Part shown: in pieces, positions 20,002 to 29,854 of the stretch
Layout of the letters: each line of letters starts with the position of its first letter
How positions within the stretch are numbered: the first letter of the stretch is position 1
Origin: Promethearchaeota archaeon
GTDB lineage: Archaea; Asgardarchaeota; Hermodarchaeia; Hermodarchaeales; Hermodarchaeaceae
Reading direction: 5' to 3'
Assembly: GCA_048938385.1 (NCBI GenBank)
Contig: JBHLMG010000017.1
Span: forward strand, 1 to 45,058
DNA: 45,058 nucleotides
Notes under the pieces: generated by a model
The model's input: only the letters and a program-made list of their open reading frames with translations
Told to the model about the DNA's origin: nothing
Databases searched by the model: none
Made by a program: the position numbers and the translations under genes

Positions 20002-21081
20002 CTAGAGTGGTTTCTTGCTTCGTCGTTTCCAGAGAACTATAGCCAAGACGCTAGTAATGATGCCCCCGATCACGATAACTCCTCCAATGAGGAAGGGATT
20101 AAGGAACGGAGCTAGAGAAGAGGTGGCGGCGTTTACTACAATTTCGAGGGTTTCACTGCTATCTTCGACTTCGACATTTAGTTGATACTGTCCTGGGGCA
20201 AGTCCAGTTACGGTCCCTAAATAGATACCATCATAATCGGGATCGTATAACTGTAAGGTGGTCACAGCTTCTGTTGGTGTCTGTGTTAGATAGAGTCCAA
20301 TAGTAAGGGAAGCAATTTCATTCGAGGGGATGCCGATTAAGTAGGCAGCGGGATCCTGGGTTTCTACTGTGACAGCGAATCCGGTTCCGTCAGGCAAAGG
20401 TTCCATGGTGGTAGAACGAACATAGGAAAGCCCGAGTGCAGCTTTAACCATGGCTAGGCAGACTTCATAGGTAGGAGCGTATTGGTACCCGTCTGGAAAT
20501 CCACCACCTGTAGCACCTGTAACAATGTGATGATCTACGACGACTTCAACTCCGGAGACGATAGAAGCGCCAGCCTGTTCCATGGCGACATTGGATTGGG
20601 CATAAGACACCACTGTGCAACCATCAACTATTTCGTTCGAACGCGCCACCACCATATTTCCAATGCATACTGAAGCAATGACCAATCCTTCTGTAAAGGC
20701 AGTGGACACGAAATCACGGACGGCTTGACTATTAACTAAAGCCTGCCAGTGACCACCTGACGGAATAAACAGGCAATCATACCCTGTAAGATCGTTGACA
20801 TCAAAAGTTGTAAGAAGTAAATCAGCAGTAATCGGCCGCGGGGGATGATTGGGACAAGAATCAATTGTCACATCCAGACTATGGGCGATGACATCGACAT
20901 TGACTCCCCAGGATTCAAGGTAGTCGACGGCATCAAAGAAGGTCCAACCAAAACCATCAGTCACGAGGATTAATGCATCAACCGTGGCTTGAGTTTCGAC
21001 AAGAGCAGAAAAACCAATAGCTGTACTTCCCAAGACCAAAGCCAGAAGTAACAGGAGAGATTTGTAACTCGAAGACGCCAT
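20002..21081 (-). CDS. secreted, C-terminally anchored DJ-1/PfpI family protein
   Basis: signal peptide; YDCLFIPSGG, ASVCIG nucleophile elbow; C-terminal TM helix plus KRRSKK. Confidence 0.75.
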   Translation of the reverse strand: MASSSYKSLLLLLALVLGSTAIGFSALVETQATVDALILVTDGFGWTFFDAVDYLESWGVNVDVIAHSLDVTIDSCPNHPPRPITADLLLTTFDVNDLTGYDCLFIPSGGHWQALVNSQAVRDFVSTAFTEGLVIASVCIGNMVVARSNEIVDGCTVVSYAQSNVAMEQAGASIVSGVEVVVDHHIVTGATGGGFPDGYQYAPTYEVCLAMVKAALGLSYVRSTTMEPLPDGTGFAVTVETQDPAAYLIGIPSNEIASLTIGLYLTQTPTEAVTTLQLYDPDYDGIYLGTVTGLAPGQYQLNVEVEDSSETLEIVVNAATSSLAPFLNPFLIGGVIVIGGIITSVLAIVLWKRRSKKPL

Positions 21082-21266
21082 GATTAGAGTTGCTAAGTCT
21101 GAGTATTAAACCGAAACTTATGCGGCAATCGATTTTTTTCAATGAACGAAACCGGCTCTAAGTCATTTCTTTGCCTGTAAAGGTGTGAGGTTTTTTACCA
21201 TTTTTCTTGAAGACGGTATCGCACATAATACTGCTATGATCATTGCGACCTGTTGAGGTTATTCAA

Positions 21267-21701
21267 ATGAGGCTTGATTTCGAAAAGCTATACGCTGATT
21301 TATCCGATGAGGACCGCGAGGACTTGGAGGGATTTCGGAGACATGTCATGCATTTCAAATGGTTCACCGATAGCTGTGAAACTTGGGAAGAACTGATCGG
21401 TGCACTATTAGCCCAAGTCCATCACATTCGTGAGCTCCAAGCGAAAGGGGCCGTCATTGTTGACACCGATGGTGAGACTCTGTACTATACAATTCCATGT
21501 GAGACACCTGTCTACGCCACGCTCTCAGGCATCGATGAAGAACAAATCACGTTCACGCTCACCGATGGTTCAATCATCTCCGCACCTCTCATTGAATGGG
21601 AGGATCTTTATGGCGAACCCATTGGACGCCAGCTCATACTCTTTGTCAATGAGTTAGGGCGTGTGCAAGGCTACATCCTTGCTCATGAAGGAGACTCTTA
21701 G
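21267..21701 (+). CDS. hypothetical protein
   Basis: open frame with GAGG RBS. Confidence 0.55.
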   Translation: MRLDFEKLYADLSDEDREDLEGFRRHVMHFKWFTDSCETWEELIGALLAQVHHIRELQAKGAVIVDTDGETLYYTIPCETPVYATLSGIDEEQITFTLTDGSIISAPLIEWEDLYGEPIGRQLILFVNELGRVQGYILAHEGDS

Positions 21702-21885
21702 CGAACGCTTCGAAAAGACAGGGAATAAAGATAAGCTAAAGGCAAGTCTTTTTATACTGGTTTTACCGCAGCAAACCTATCAGTACCTATAAGTGAATGT
21801 TTTAGGGGAGTCTTTTCCCGAAAAGGCGTTTGCCAATTAACATTTCCTTTTAGAAATCTGACATGATAGAATTGTGGTACCGAAA

Positions 21886-22386
21886 ATGAGTTACGAACGA
21901 GAGCCTGTTGAGGCAACTGTCGCAGAACTGCGACCTAATATGAAAAGTCTGAACATCACCTTCAAACTCGTTGAAAAAGGTGAAGAACGAGAAGTCACCT
22001 CACGCCGTGACAACGAAACGCATCGTGTTCTTGATGCAATCGCTGGCGACACATCTGGTATAGTGACTTTGTCCCTCTGGGATGACATGATCGACACCGT
22101 AGAATTAGACAAAACCTACCGACTTGAAAACGGCTACACCAGCCTCTTCCAAGGGCACCTCCGACTCAACATTGGGCGGTACGGTGAACTCAAGGAAGCC
22201 GAAAACTCTATCGAGGATATCGATACTGAAAACGACTTGTCCGCAGAAGAGCATGAACGCCCACCCCGCCGATCCTATGGCGGATATGGTGGCGGTCGAA
22301 GTTATGGCGGTGGCGATAGAAGCTATCGTCGCGGTGGCGATTCACGTCGTGGTGGCGGTCGAGACCGCGGTCGTCGACGCTACTAA
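21886..22386 (+). CDS. ssb: single-stranded DNA-binding protein, copy 2
   Basis: close paralogue of 8398-8880 in inverted orientation. Confidence 0.85.
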   Translation: MSYEREPVEATVAELRPNMKSLNITFKLVEKGEEREVTSRRDNETHRVLDAIAGDTSGIVTLSLWDDMIDTVELDKTYRLENGYTSLFQGHLRLNIGRYGELKEAENSIEDIDTENDLSAEEHERPPRRSYGGYGGGRSYGGGDRSYRRGGDSRRGGGRDRGRRRY

Positions 22387-22620
22387 AACATCCAAGAACT
22401 CCTCTAATGGGCACTTCCTCTCAAAAAGGAAGGCCCTTTATTCCTTTTTTTTAAGAATAGTAATTTCCTGTTAAACACCCATGAACAGGCCAGGTTGATT
22501 GAAAACTCACCTGGAGCTCTATATTCATCTCATTCCGGGTAAGTTCAATAAATTTAACCGTATTCCCCGAGTAAAAGCGGTAAAACTTCTCGTGTGGATT
22601 TTTTTGATGCAGAAGGTTTA

Positions 22621-23079
22621 TTACAAGTAGGTTTTCGTAGCCTGTTGTTTTTGTGTCCGTCGATGTATTCCCACCCAATTCCGAAGTTGGCTGAAATGAC
22701 CGATTGCATGAAAAAGATTCTGAAGAATCGCACCTTCCACTGTAGAGTGTTCACCCCATTGAAAGGTAAAAGCCATGGATAATTTGTCATCCGAAAAATC
22801 CTTGATAGCGTCTATCATCCGATCGATTGCCCGATTCAAATCTGCCTTTGGTAACTGCGATGGGGAAAACCGCGTTGAGTCATTCAGGAACCAATTTCCC
22901 GCATCTTCGAAAATGGCTTGAACTGTGTGGTTGAAAGTCTGCCGTACGCTGTATTCATGTTCATTGACCTGAAACTCCCAACAACGCGCGTTTTCGATTA
23001 CTTCAATCGTTTGGGCACCATGCCTACGCAATTCTTCCCACAATCGAACAATCACAGCAATAGCGGTCACAACACTCAC
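22621..23079 (-). CDS. DinB/YfiT-like protein
   Basis: SVRQ.F.H ... H..GH..QL metal-binding histidines. Confidence 0.65.
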   Translation of the reverse strand: MSVVTAIAVIVRLWEELRRHGAQTIEVIENARCWEFQVNEHEYSVRQTFNHTVQAIFEDAGNWFLNDSTRFSPSQLPKADLNRAIDRMIDAIKDFSDDKLSMAFTFQWGEHSTVEGAILQNLFHAIGHFSQLRNWVGIHRRTQKQQATKTYL

Positions 23080-23236
23080 CTATGCTAGTTCGCAGTGAAT
23101 GTAAATTATGACTCACTTTGATAAAAAGATGAAGAGAATACCTGCGTCTATTTGTGCATTTCAACCGACACAATGAGCGGTACTCTTAAGGGGACACTCC
23201 AGCTTATTTTCCAAAACCGCCTTTGAGGTCATCAAG

Positions 23237-23578
23237 ATGCCAAAGATTCAGAAAAGCGCATCTGCGCAAAAAATTGGACAAATCCACTATGATGCTGCCA
23301 TGAAGGGTGATCGCAAGACCTGGGAAGCCACGCTCACTGCAAGAAACCTACGCACTCTCAAACGCAGAGGAACCCCGTTCTATTGGTGGGATACAGCCTG
23401 TCAACGAGCAGAAATTGGCGTCCGCTATAAGTTCGAACGGGAGGATAAAGTCACGGACACCAGAGCCAAACTTTTTTTCAAACGGTTCAACAAAGACGGA
23501 AGCCTGCGGGGAAAATCTGTCCCACTCACCCTCATTAAAGAAAACGACGAATGGCGCATCCACATTGCCAGTTACTAA
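23237..23578 (+). CDS. hypothetical protein (NTF2-like C-terminus)
   Basis: GAGG RBS; ends LIKENDEWRI. Confidence 0.6.
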   Translation: MPKIQKSASAQKIGQIHYDAAMKGDRKTWEATLTARNLRTLKRRGTPFYWWDTACQRAEIGVRYKFEREDKVTDTRAKLFFKRFNKDGSLRGKSVPLTLIKENDEWRIHIASY

Positions 23579-23725
23579 ACCCCTAAACGATGACCACGGA
23601 TCCTCGTTTCGAGTCTAGCTACATATTCGTTATTTTCTCGTTTGTAAGGAAAACCCACTCGCAAGCTATTCCATGGGTCGTTTCCTAATCGCTAAACCGT
23701 TGATTCAACCTTTCAGAACGCCTCT

Positions 23726-23923
23726 TTACATCGAGCCCTTCGAGTCGAGCATTAGTGACAACCCTAAGCCAACGAAGAAGAATGCTAGAAACCCAAAAAC
23801 TGCGCCATACATAAAACCAGCGCTAATGTAAGCATCTAACGCATCACCAATGGCGAGGGCTAACGCCACGACGAAGAGCGCGCCACCAACGCTAAACAAT
23901 AAGAGACCTGTTCCACTTCGCAA
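23726..23923 (-). CDS. small two-TM membrane protein
   Basis: two hydrophobic helices; GAGG upstream. Confidence 0.6.
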   Translation of the reverse strand: MRSGTGLLLFSVGGALFVVALALAIGDALDAYISAGFMYGAVFGFLAFFFVGLGLSLMLDSKGSM

Positions 23924-23995
23924 TGAAATCCCTCAACTGCATCTTCCTTGATCTCGTACTTAAAATTAATCACACGATCAGTACAAGAAAACCAA

Positions 23996-24052
23996 TTGGA
24001 AACAGCAGTGAATTATGCTTACACCTTGTTCAGTGTGAGTTTTTCTTATAAT
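23996..24052 (-). repeat. actin 3'-end remnant (IIRKTHTEQGVSIIHCCF, stop decayed to CAA)
   Basis: manual minus-strand translation, in register with the consensus. Confidence 0.75.
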
Positions 24053-24125
24053 GATAGATATGTTAATGGGTAGATGATGTATCGTTGAATCCGCTTGAGC
24101 GCAATCACGGTTTGTTGGTGTAGCT

Positions 24126-25568
24126 ATGAGCACTCAACCTCCAACTACAAAAAAGCCCCATCGCTTTGGCATGGATGAGAAGCAGTGGGTAGCCTTTACA
24201 TCCGTGATTGCCGCGATCATCCTCACCACAACTAAGCTAATCGTAGGGCTATGGACCAATAGTTTAGGGATCCTCTCAGAGGCCCTCCATTCAGCCCTAG
24301 ATCTATTCGCCGCAGGAATAACGCTATACGCTGTTCGAAAAGCCGCAACACCAGCCGACACCGATCACCACTATGGACATTGGCGCGTCGAGAACCTATC
24401 CGCTCTCACTGAAACCATTTTGTTACTAGTAACCGTGATCTGGATAATCTACGAAGCGGTCCGCCGTATCATTTTCTATGATCTTATCATAGAGGTCAAT
24501 CTGTTAGCTTTTGGCGTAGTCATATTCGCCATTATCATTGATTTTTCACGCTCACGCGCATTAAAACGAACCGCCAAAAAATACGATAGCCAAGCCTTGG
24601 CAGCAGATGCCCTCCATTTTAGCACAGACATACTCAGTTCCAGTGTTGTCTTAGTCGGATTACTTTTCACTTTCTTTGGATTCCCCCTTGGAGACCCTTT
24701 GGCGGCAATAGGAGTCGCTATTGTCGTGCTTTTCCTGACGATAAAACTAGGTCGGGAAACCGTCGATATACTGTTGGATCGGGCACCGTCCGGCTTAGTA
24801 CCGCCCATTAAACGAGCCATTGAACAGATCGACGGAATCAGAGAGTGTGGCCGGATCCGACTGCGCAAAGCAGGGCCAATAACTTTTGTTGATATTGTCT
24901 GTCATGCTGACCAAACAATTCCTCTTAGCGTCGCCCACGAGATTAGTGTGAAAGCCCGAAACACCGCAGAGCGAATCGTGGGTCGCGCTGATGTCGTCAT
25001 CCATATGGATCTAGCATCGAAACAGCACCCTCACCTTGGTAAAAATCTTCGAAAAATCGCCAAAAACTTCTCCTGGATTAAAGACATCCATGGTATTGAA
25101 ACCTTCGAAGAAAACGATCAGATTGCCCTCGTATTAGACCTTCAAGTCGACCGGAAAATGAGCCTCGCCAAAGCCCATCACCTCGTCACCGAATTTGAAA
25201 CACACATCAAATCACAGTTCCCCTACATCAACGAAATAACCACCCACCTTGAACCCAGCCGTTCACCGGAAACACTGCTTCGAGATCCAACAGCCATCGA
25301 AGCCAAAATACATACCCTCGTTAGAAAGAACCCCCTCCTACATAATTGCCATGACCTCCAACTCATCTCCCTCTCACCTAACTTGTACAACCTCACCTTC
25401 CATTGCGAAGCATCTCCCGAACTCACCGTTGGAGAGATACACAGGGCGACAACACTGCTCGAAGACGAAATCCGTGACGCGCTCCCTATTTTTTCTCAAA
25501 TCATCATCCAAGCTGAACCATTTAAGCCAAAACCGACAAGGAACCTTGGAAAAAATCACGCCAAATAA
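24126..25568 (+). CDS. cation diffusion facilitator (FieF-like) with repeated C-terminal dimerisation domains
   Basis: EALHSALD, PAD.DH.YGH...E, ADALHF.TD; three ZT-dimer-like repeats ending H/Q-x-E/D. Confidence 0.9.
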   Translation: MSTQPPTTKKPHRFGMDEKQWVAFTSVIAAIILTTTKLIVGLWTNSLGILSEALHSALDLFAAGITLYAVRKAATPADTDHHYGHWRVENLSALTETILLLVTVIWIIYEAVRRIIFYDLIIEVNLLAFGVVIFAIIIDFSRSRALKRTAKKYDSQALAADALHFSTDILSSSVVLVGLLFTFFGFPLGDPLAAIGVAIVVLFLTIKLGRETVDILLDRAPSGLVPPIKRAIEQIDGIRECGRIRLRKAGPITFVDIVCHADQTIPLSVAHEISVKARNTAERIVGRADVVIHMDLASKQHPHLGKNLRKIAKNFSWIKDIHGIETFEENDQIALVLDLQVDRKMSLAKAHHLVTEFETHIKSQFPYINEITTHLEPSRSPETLLRDPTAIEAKIHTLVRKNPLLHNCHDLQLISLSPNLYNLTFHCEASPELTVGEIHRATTLLEDEIRDALPIFSQIIIQAEPFKPKPTRNLGKNHAK

Positions 25569-25623
25569 ATAACATCCGCTTCCAGCTTCGAACGGCACAT
25601 ATCTTATTAAAGAGTACCAAGCT

Positions 25624-27282
25624 ATGACAGCCATGGACATTCTGACCATCGTTTTTACCATCGTCGGTGGTCTTGCTCTCTTTATGTATAGCATCAAATT
25701 GCTCAGCGATAGCCTTTCAAAAATAACGGGTCCACGCGTTGTTAGAATTCTTGAAAAGGTCACTGATAATCCTGTGAAAGGCATGGGTGTAGGAACAGCC
25801 ACTACCGTGATGACGCAAAGTTCGAGTATTACGGTTCTAACATTGCTAGGGATGGTCAATGCAGGAATTATGACCTTTCGACAATCTGTAAATGTCATGC
25901 TGGGGTCTGAGATAGGAACCACAATAACAGCCCAGATTGTGTCATTCAATATTGGTTTGACGTATTTTCCACTAATTGCAGTAGCCTTCTTTGTTGGATT
26001 TCTTTCTAAAAATGAAAAGGTAAAATTCGTAGCGAAAGTCGTGTTTAGCTTAGGCTTGCTCTTTCTAGCCATGGATTTGATGGGATTGGGAATAGAACCC
26101 CTTGTGAATCTCCCAATTTTCGTTGACTTACTTAACACCTATGGGCAAAATCCACTTATCGGGGTACTAATAGGCGCCTTGATTGCGGGAGTAACCCAAA
26201 GCAGCTCAGCTACCACTAGTCTCATAATCGCATTTGGCAGGGCAGGTGCCATCAGTTTAGAAGCCGCAATAGCTAATGTGATGGGTGCAAACATCGGAAC
26301 CACTTTCTTAGAATTATTCGCTGCTGTCGGAGCAGCACCCCCAGCGAAAAGGACAGCTTTGGCTCAAGCAATGATTAACATCGTTGGGGTTCTCGTTTTC
26401 TTGCCATTTCTTGTGCCATTCGCTGGACTGGTGACCCTGACTAGCCCAGACCTTGCCAGGCAGATAGCTAATGCACACACAATCTTCAATGTGTTGGTTA
26501 GCCTTATGTTCATTCCACTAGTCGGCGCTTTAGTGTGGTTCTGTGAACATGTAATTCCAAAACGCGAAGGCGAACTCAAGTCGAGGCATTTCTTTGATGA
26601 AAAAATGCTTAATGTTGCACAACTTGCAGTAAGAGAGGCAGAAAGAGAAGTGGTTAGCATCGCAGAAAAAACTCTCAAAATGCTGAACCTGAGTAAAGCT
26701 GCACTAATTAACGAGGACCTAGATGCTGCAAAAGAGGTGATCGAGTTAGAAGATGAAGTAGATGCCTATTGCGATGAAACAGAACTCTTCATCGACAAGA
26801 TCAGAGAAGAGGATCTCACAGAAAGGCAAAAGATATGGCGTATAAAATTACTAAACATTCTCACAGATATTGAACGCGTAGGAGATATGACGAATAACCT
26901 TGCTGAATTCGCCATTCAAAAGGTGAAAGACAAAATCCCGTTCTCGGAGATAGCGAAAGAAGAACTAAGCAAGTTATTTGAAAAAGTTGAAGAAACCCTT
27001 ACTACAGCTATCACTGCGATGCAACAGAGAAATGAGTTCCTCGCTAAACAAGCAGTTGAGTTGGAAGACGAAGTCGATGTCTTAGAAAGGAAATACAAGC
27101 GGAAACATATCAAGAGGACAAGTGAAGGAATTTGTGCTCCTGAGGCAGATGTTATGTTCACAGAAACTCTCAGAAACTTAGAGAGAATCAGCGACCACGC
27201 CGACAACATTGCCTATGATGTCTTGGATACTTTCTTCAATCAACACATTTTAGGAACCCGAAAAAGAATAGCAACCCCCTAA
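25624..27282 (+). CDS. Na+/Pi cotransporter family protein with PhoU domains
   Basis: QSSS x2, G.EIGTT/GANIGTT, DIERVGD, LERISDHA. Confidence 0.92.
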   Translation: MTAMDILTIVFTIVGGLALFMYSIKLLSDSLSKITGPRVVRILEKVTDNPVKGMGVGTATTVMTQSSSITVLTLLGMVNAGIMTFRQSVNVMLGSEIGTTITAQIVSFNIGLTYFPLIAVAFFVGFLSKNEKVKFVAKVVFSLGLLFLAMDLMGLGIEPLVNLPIFVDLLNTYGQNPLIGVLIGALIAGVTQSSSATTSLIIAFGRAGAISLEAAIANVMGANIGTTFLELFAAVGAAPPAKRTALAQAMINIVGVLVFLPFLVPFAGLVTLTSPDLARQIANAHTIFNVLVSLMFIPLVGALVWFCEHVIPKREGELKSRHFFDEKMLNVAQLAVREAEREVVSIAEKTLKMLNLSKAALINEDLDAAKEVIELEDEVDAYCDETELFIDKIREEDLTERQKIWRIKLLNILTDIERVGDMTNNLAEFAIQKVKDKIPFSEIAKEELSKLFEKVEETLTTAITAMQQRNEFLAKQAVELEDEVDVLERKYKRKHIKRTSEGICAPEADVMFTETLRNLERISDHADNIAYDVLDTFFNQHILGTRKRIATP

Positions 27283-27432
27283 AAAGGGAACACCACTACC
27301 CTGGCATGTTCTTAATCATTGGTTTTTTGTTATTTTTTTTAACGCCTTGAACTATGTGAATTCAATTCATTGTGGTAGTTGTACTTTCCGAGTCTAGGGA
27401 TATGACTCTTGATGTGTTGCCCTTTTGTATAC

Positions 27433-27470
27433 TTTGAAGCAGAAGCTGGATTCTACACCTTTCTGTTCAA
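27433..27470 (-). repeat. decayed actin 3'-end remnant
   Basis: + strand tttgaagcagaagctggattctacacc..ctgttc aligns with consensus ttagaagcagcggtggattacacc..ctgctc with indels. Confidence 0.55.
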
Positions 27471-27586
27471 AAAAATTACAAAAAAGGGATTACCAGTGTC
27501 AAGTGTTGCACTCCTCAGCTCCCCTTGATTGATATGCCTCGCTAGCCCTTTGTCAGTTGTTCTTCAGAACTCCACAAAGGATGGTG

Positions 27587-27862
27587 ATGGAAAAAATGAC
27601 GCTTAAGGATATGGAACGGGAACCACACCAAATAGGGCATAGCTCCCAAAAGAGGGAAGAGGGAGACACCGATGACTGGGTCTATACGACAATACAAGGC
27701 CACGACATTGATGTTACCGTAGCTCTGGAAGGATATGACCACTACACAATTACTACTCCTTGGTATCGTGCCCAGGTGCGAACTTACGATCTCCTTGACA
27801 CAGTCGTTCAATTCTGTAATGCCCTCTATGGTAGTGGCACTCTTACGATTCTCGTCTCATAA
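27587..27862 (+). CDS. hypothetical small protein
   Basis: open frame between two repeats. Confidence 0.4.
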   Translation: MEKMTLKDMEREPHQIGHSSQKREEGDTDDWVYTTIQGHDIDVTVALEGYDHYTITTPWYRAQVRTYDLLDTVVQFCNALYGSGTLTILVS

Positions 27863-27915
27863 AATCGATGAATCTGAAGTTATATGGAACATCACAAATC
27901 ACACAATATTGGACG

Positions 27916-27997
27916 GAAGGGAAGTAGAACCACTTAGAAAAAACTGACTAACGGTTTAGAAGCACCAATGGATAACGCCTGCGTCTTAGCAGAATTT
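27916..27997 (-). repeat. actin 3'-end remnant (*DAGVIHWCF*) plus decayed hairpin
   Basis: GCA GGC GTT ATC CAT TGG TGC TTC TAA on the minus strand. Confidence 0.75.
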
Positions 27998-28004
27998 TCG
28001 ATAG

Positions 28005-28808
28005 TCATTTTTTTCCAATGGCAAAAATGACGGAGGCATCCATCACGCCGGTTTCTTTTACGCGGGCTTTTAGCCGTTCGGCTTGCAAGAAAAGTTCGGA
28101 TGTCCTTTCCAAGAAGAGTTCGGATGTCCTTTCTCTAGACTTCAACCGTTTGAGAGTCTTATCAATCCCTTCAATGAATGCTACAACCAATGATGCTGAT
28201 TTGGGGTCTTCGCACTCAAACCGTTGAGCACAATGCAAACACTTCACATACCGCGAGGAATACAACACTTCTACCTGAGCTAGTTGGAGGGTGTTCAGCA
28301 ATCCCTCGATCTGACTCCGCGTCAGCGTTTCGTTATGTGTGACCCCCTGCAGTCGATCAATCTTCGCCCCCCAATGGTGTTCCATAATCGCCGTGCGTTG
28401 CGCTTCACTCTGCGCGCCATCCCGATACATCTCCTCTACGATGAGCACCCCGCCAGGCTTGAGCACCCGCTTCATCTCAGCCAACACTTGCGAGGTATCA
28501 TCCAGATGGTGCAACGAATTCGCGATACAAACCGTGTCAAAAGAGGCATCCTCAAAGCGTAAGTGCATCGCATCCATCTCAATGAACTGCACCGATTGTC
28601 CCTCAAATTTCTCTCGTGCTGTTGTTAGATCCTCTGAAGCGATATCCACACCGACGAAGCTGTCAAAGGCCTTCAACAGCTTCATCAGCGTTTCGATGAA
28701 TGTTCCCTTCCCCGTACACACATCCAACACCGCTCCCCCTGAAATCCTTGCCAACTGTTGGGCAATCTCCTGCGCACCAGACCCCTCTAAATTCGGTAAA
28801 TACTCCAT
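28005..28808 (-). CDS. class I SAM-dependent methyltransferase
   Basis: VLDVCTGKG, FEDASFD, LHHL, RVLKPGG. Confidence 0.88.
   Translation of the reverse strand: MEYLPNLEGSGAQEIAQQLARISGGAVLDVCTGKGTFIETLMKLLKAFDSFVGVDIASEDLTTAREKFEGQSVQFIEMDAMHLRFEDASFDTVCIANSLHHLDDTSQVLAEMKRVLKPGGVLIVEEMYRDGAQSEAQRTAIMEHHWGAKIDRLQGVTHNETLTRSQIEGLLNTLQLAQVEVLYSSRYVKCLHCAQRFECEDPKSASLVVAFIEGIDKTLKRLKSRERTSELFLERTSELFLQAERLKARVKETGVMDASVIFAIGKK
28087..28134. repeat. 24-bp in-frame tandem duplication (ERTSELFL x2)
   Basis: aagaaaagttcggatgtcctttcc / aagaagagttcggatgtcctttct. Confidence 0.9.
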
Positions 28809-28875
28809 TTTCAACCGCCACACCCATCTACTCTCAGAAATATTAACCTACTCCACTGACACAAAAAAAGCGCAG

Positions 28876-28973
28876 AAAAAAAGGTAGGAGAACAAGCCTC
28901 CTAGTCAACGCAGAGTTAAGAAACAGTAGTGGCTCAACCCCCCATTCTGCTCCAAGCACTCTAGCTTGATTCA
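28876..28973 (-). repeat. actin 3'-end remnant (IKLECLEQNGGLSHYCF) plus TAGGAG/CTCCTA hairpin and T-tract
   Basis: manual translation; hairpin at 28885-28903. Confidence 0.75.
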
Positions 28974-29057
28974 CCTTTTACTCTTAATCACGAAAGGTTG
29001 ACATTATTTCATCATTCATAACACACACGAACTCCAAAATGTTTTAGGAATGAAATC

Positions 29058-29705
29058 ATGGTAGATATGTGGAGGGCTAGGTTACTGCAATTACCCTTTG
29101 ATTGGCTGACACTGACTGCTTGGTTTATCCTACTGTTCGCTATTTGGCTCATCGCAACGATTTTTTACAATATGTATGAAGAAAAAAGACAAATACCAGG
29201 AGTAAGTCAGTGGATTGCTCAAAAGGGTAAAATCCTTTGCACCCAAGCGGAGTTTAAATCCGGTATCCAACTTTCTGTGAGCCCTTCAGACCCTCGGATT
29301 CAACGCCTTGATTTGGGCTCCTTCCGCACCCGAGATATTCATGGCAATATCCATAGTTTCTTTCGCATGCGCCTTCATTTAGCACTAGACGCTGGAATCC
29401 ACTTTGATTTAACCCCCAAACGCTTTGTTCCCGGTGGGATGATTTTTGAACCAGGTGAAGCCATAATCGGAATTGACGCCATTGATCAAGCCTTCTACAC
29501 AGAAACCACTATGTACAAAGAAACTGCACATCTTCTCCAAACACCCAAAATCCTTACAATCCTTGAAGAGCTCCATGAACTCCGGAAACTCCAAGTTAAA
29601 GGTGATGTCATTGAACTCACCTTCAAACGCAAAGTCGAATTACTTGAAACAATGTACCGACTTGCCCGTACAATTGCCTATCGCCTTGAAGAACTCTACA
29701 TCTAA
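29058..29705 (+). CDS. hypothetical membrane-anchored protein
   Basis: N-terminal TM helix; open frame between repeats. Confidence 0.65.
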   Translation: MVDMWRARLLQLPFDWLTLTAWFILLFAIWLIATIFYNMYEEKRQIPGVSQWIAQKGKILCTQAEFKSGIQLSVSPSDPRIQRLDLGSFRTRDIHGNIHSFFRMRLHLALDAGIHFDLTPKRFVPGGMIFEPGEAIIGIDAIDQAFYTETTMYKETAHLLQTPKILTILEELHELRKLQVKGDVIELTFKRKVELLETMYRLARTIAYRLEELYI

Positions 29706-29727
29706 CCCCATTCCACACGCATTCACT

Positions 29728-29807
29728 AGAGCAGGAATGATTGCCCCCAAAACACCAAGGGATTGGAAACAGGGACCGATCCTGCTCGCGCCGAGTTCTG
29801 TATGGTC
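29728..29807 (-). repeat. decayed actin 3'-end remnant (DHTELGASRIGPCF, stop decayed to CAA)
   Basis: in register with the DYVELGAG subtype; aacacc.agg linker retained. Confidence 0.65.
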
Positions 29808-29854
29808 GCACTACAAGCCAGAATATTTTAACCATGAAAGAGGAAAAACTTGCA

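Noticed and set aside
23120-27315. Further very decayed candidate actin remnants at about 23120-23160, 23650-23690 (IRKRPME*LAS), 25570-25610 (YVPFEAG) and 27283-27315
   Set aside because: Partly in register but too degenerate to support without a profile search; not counted.
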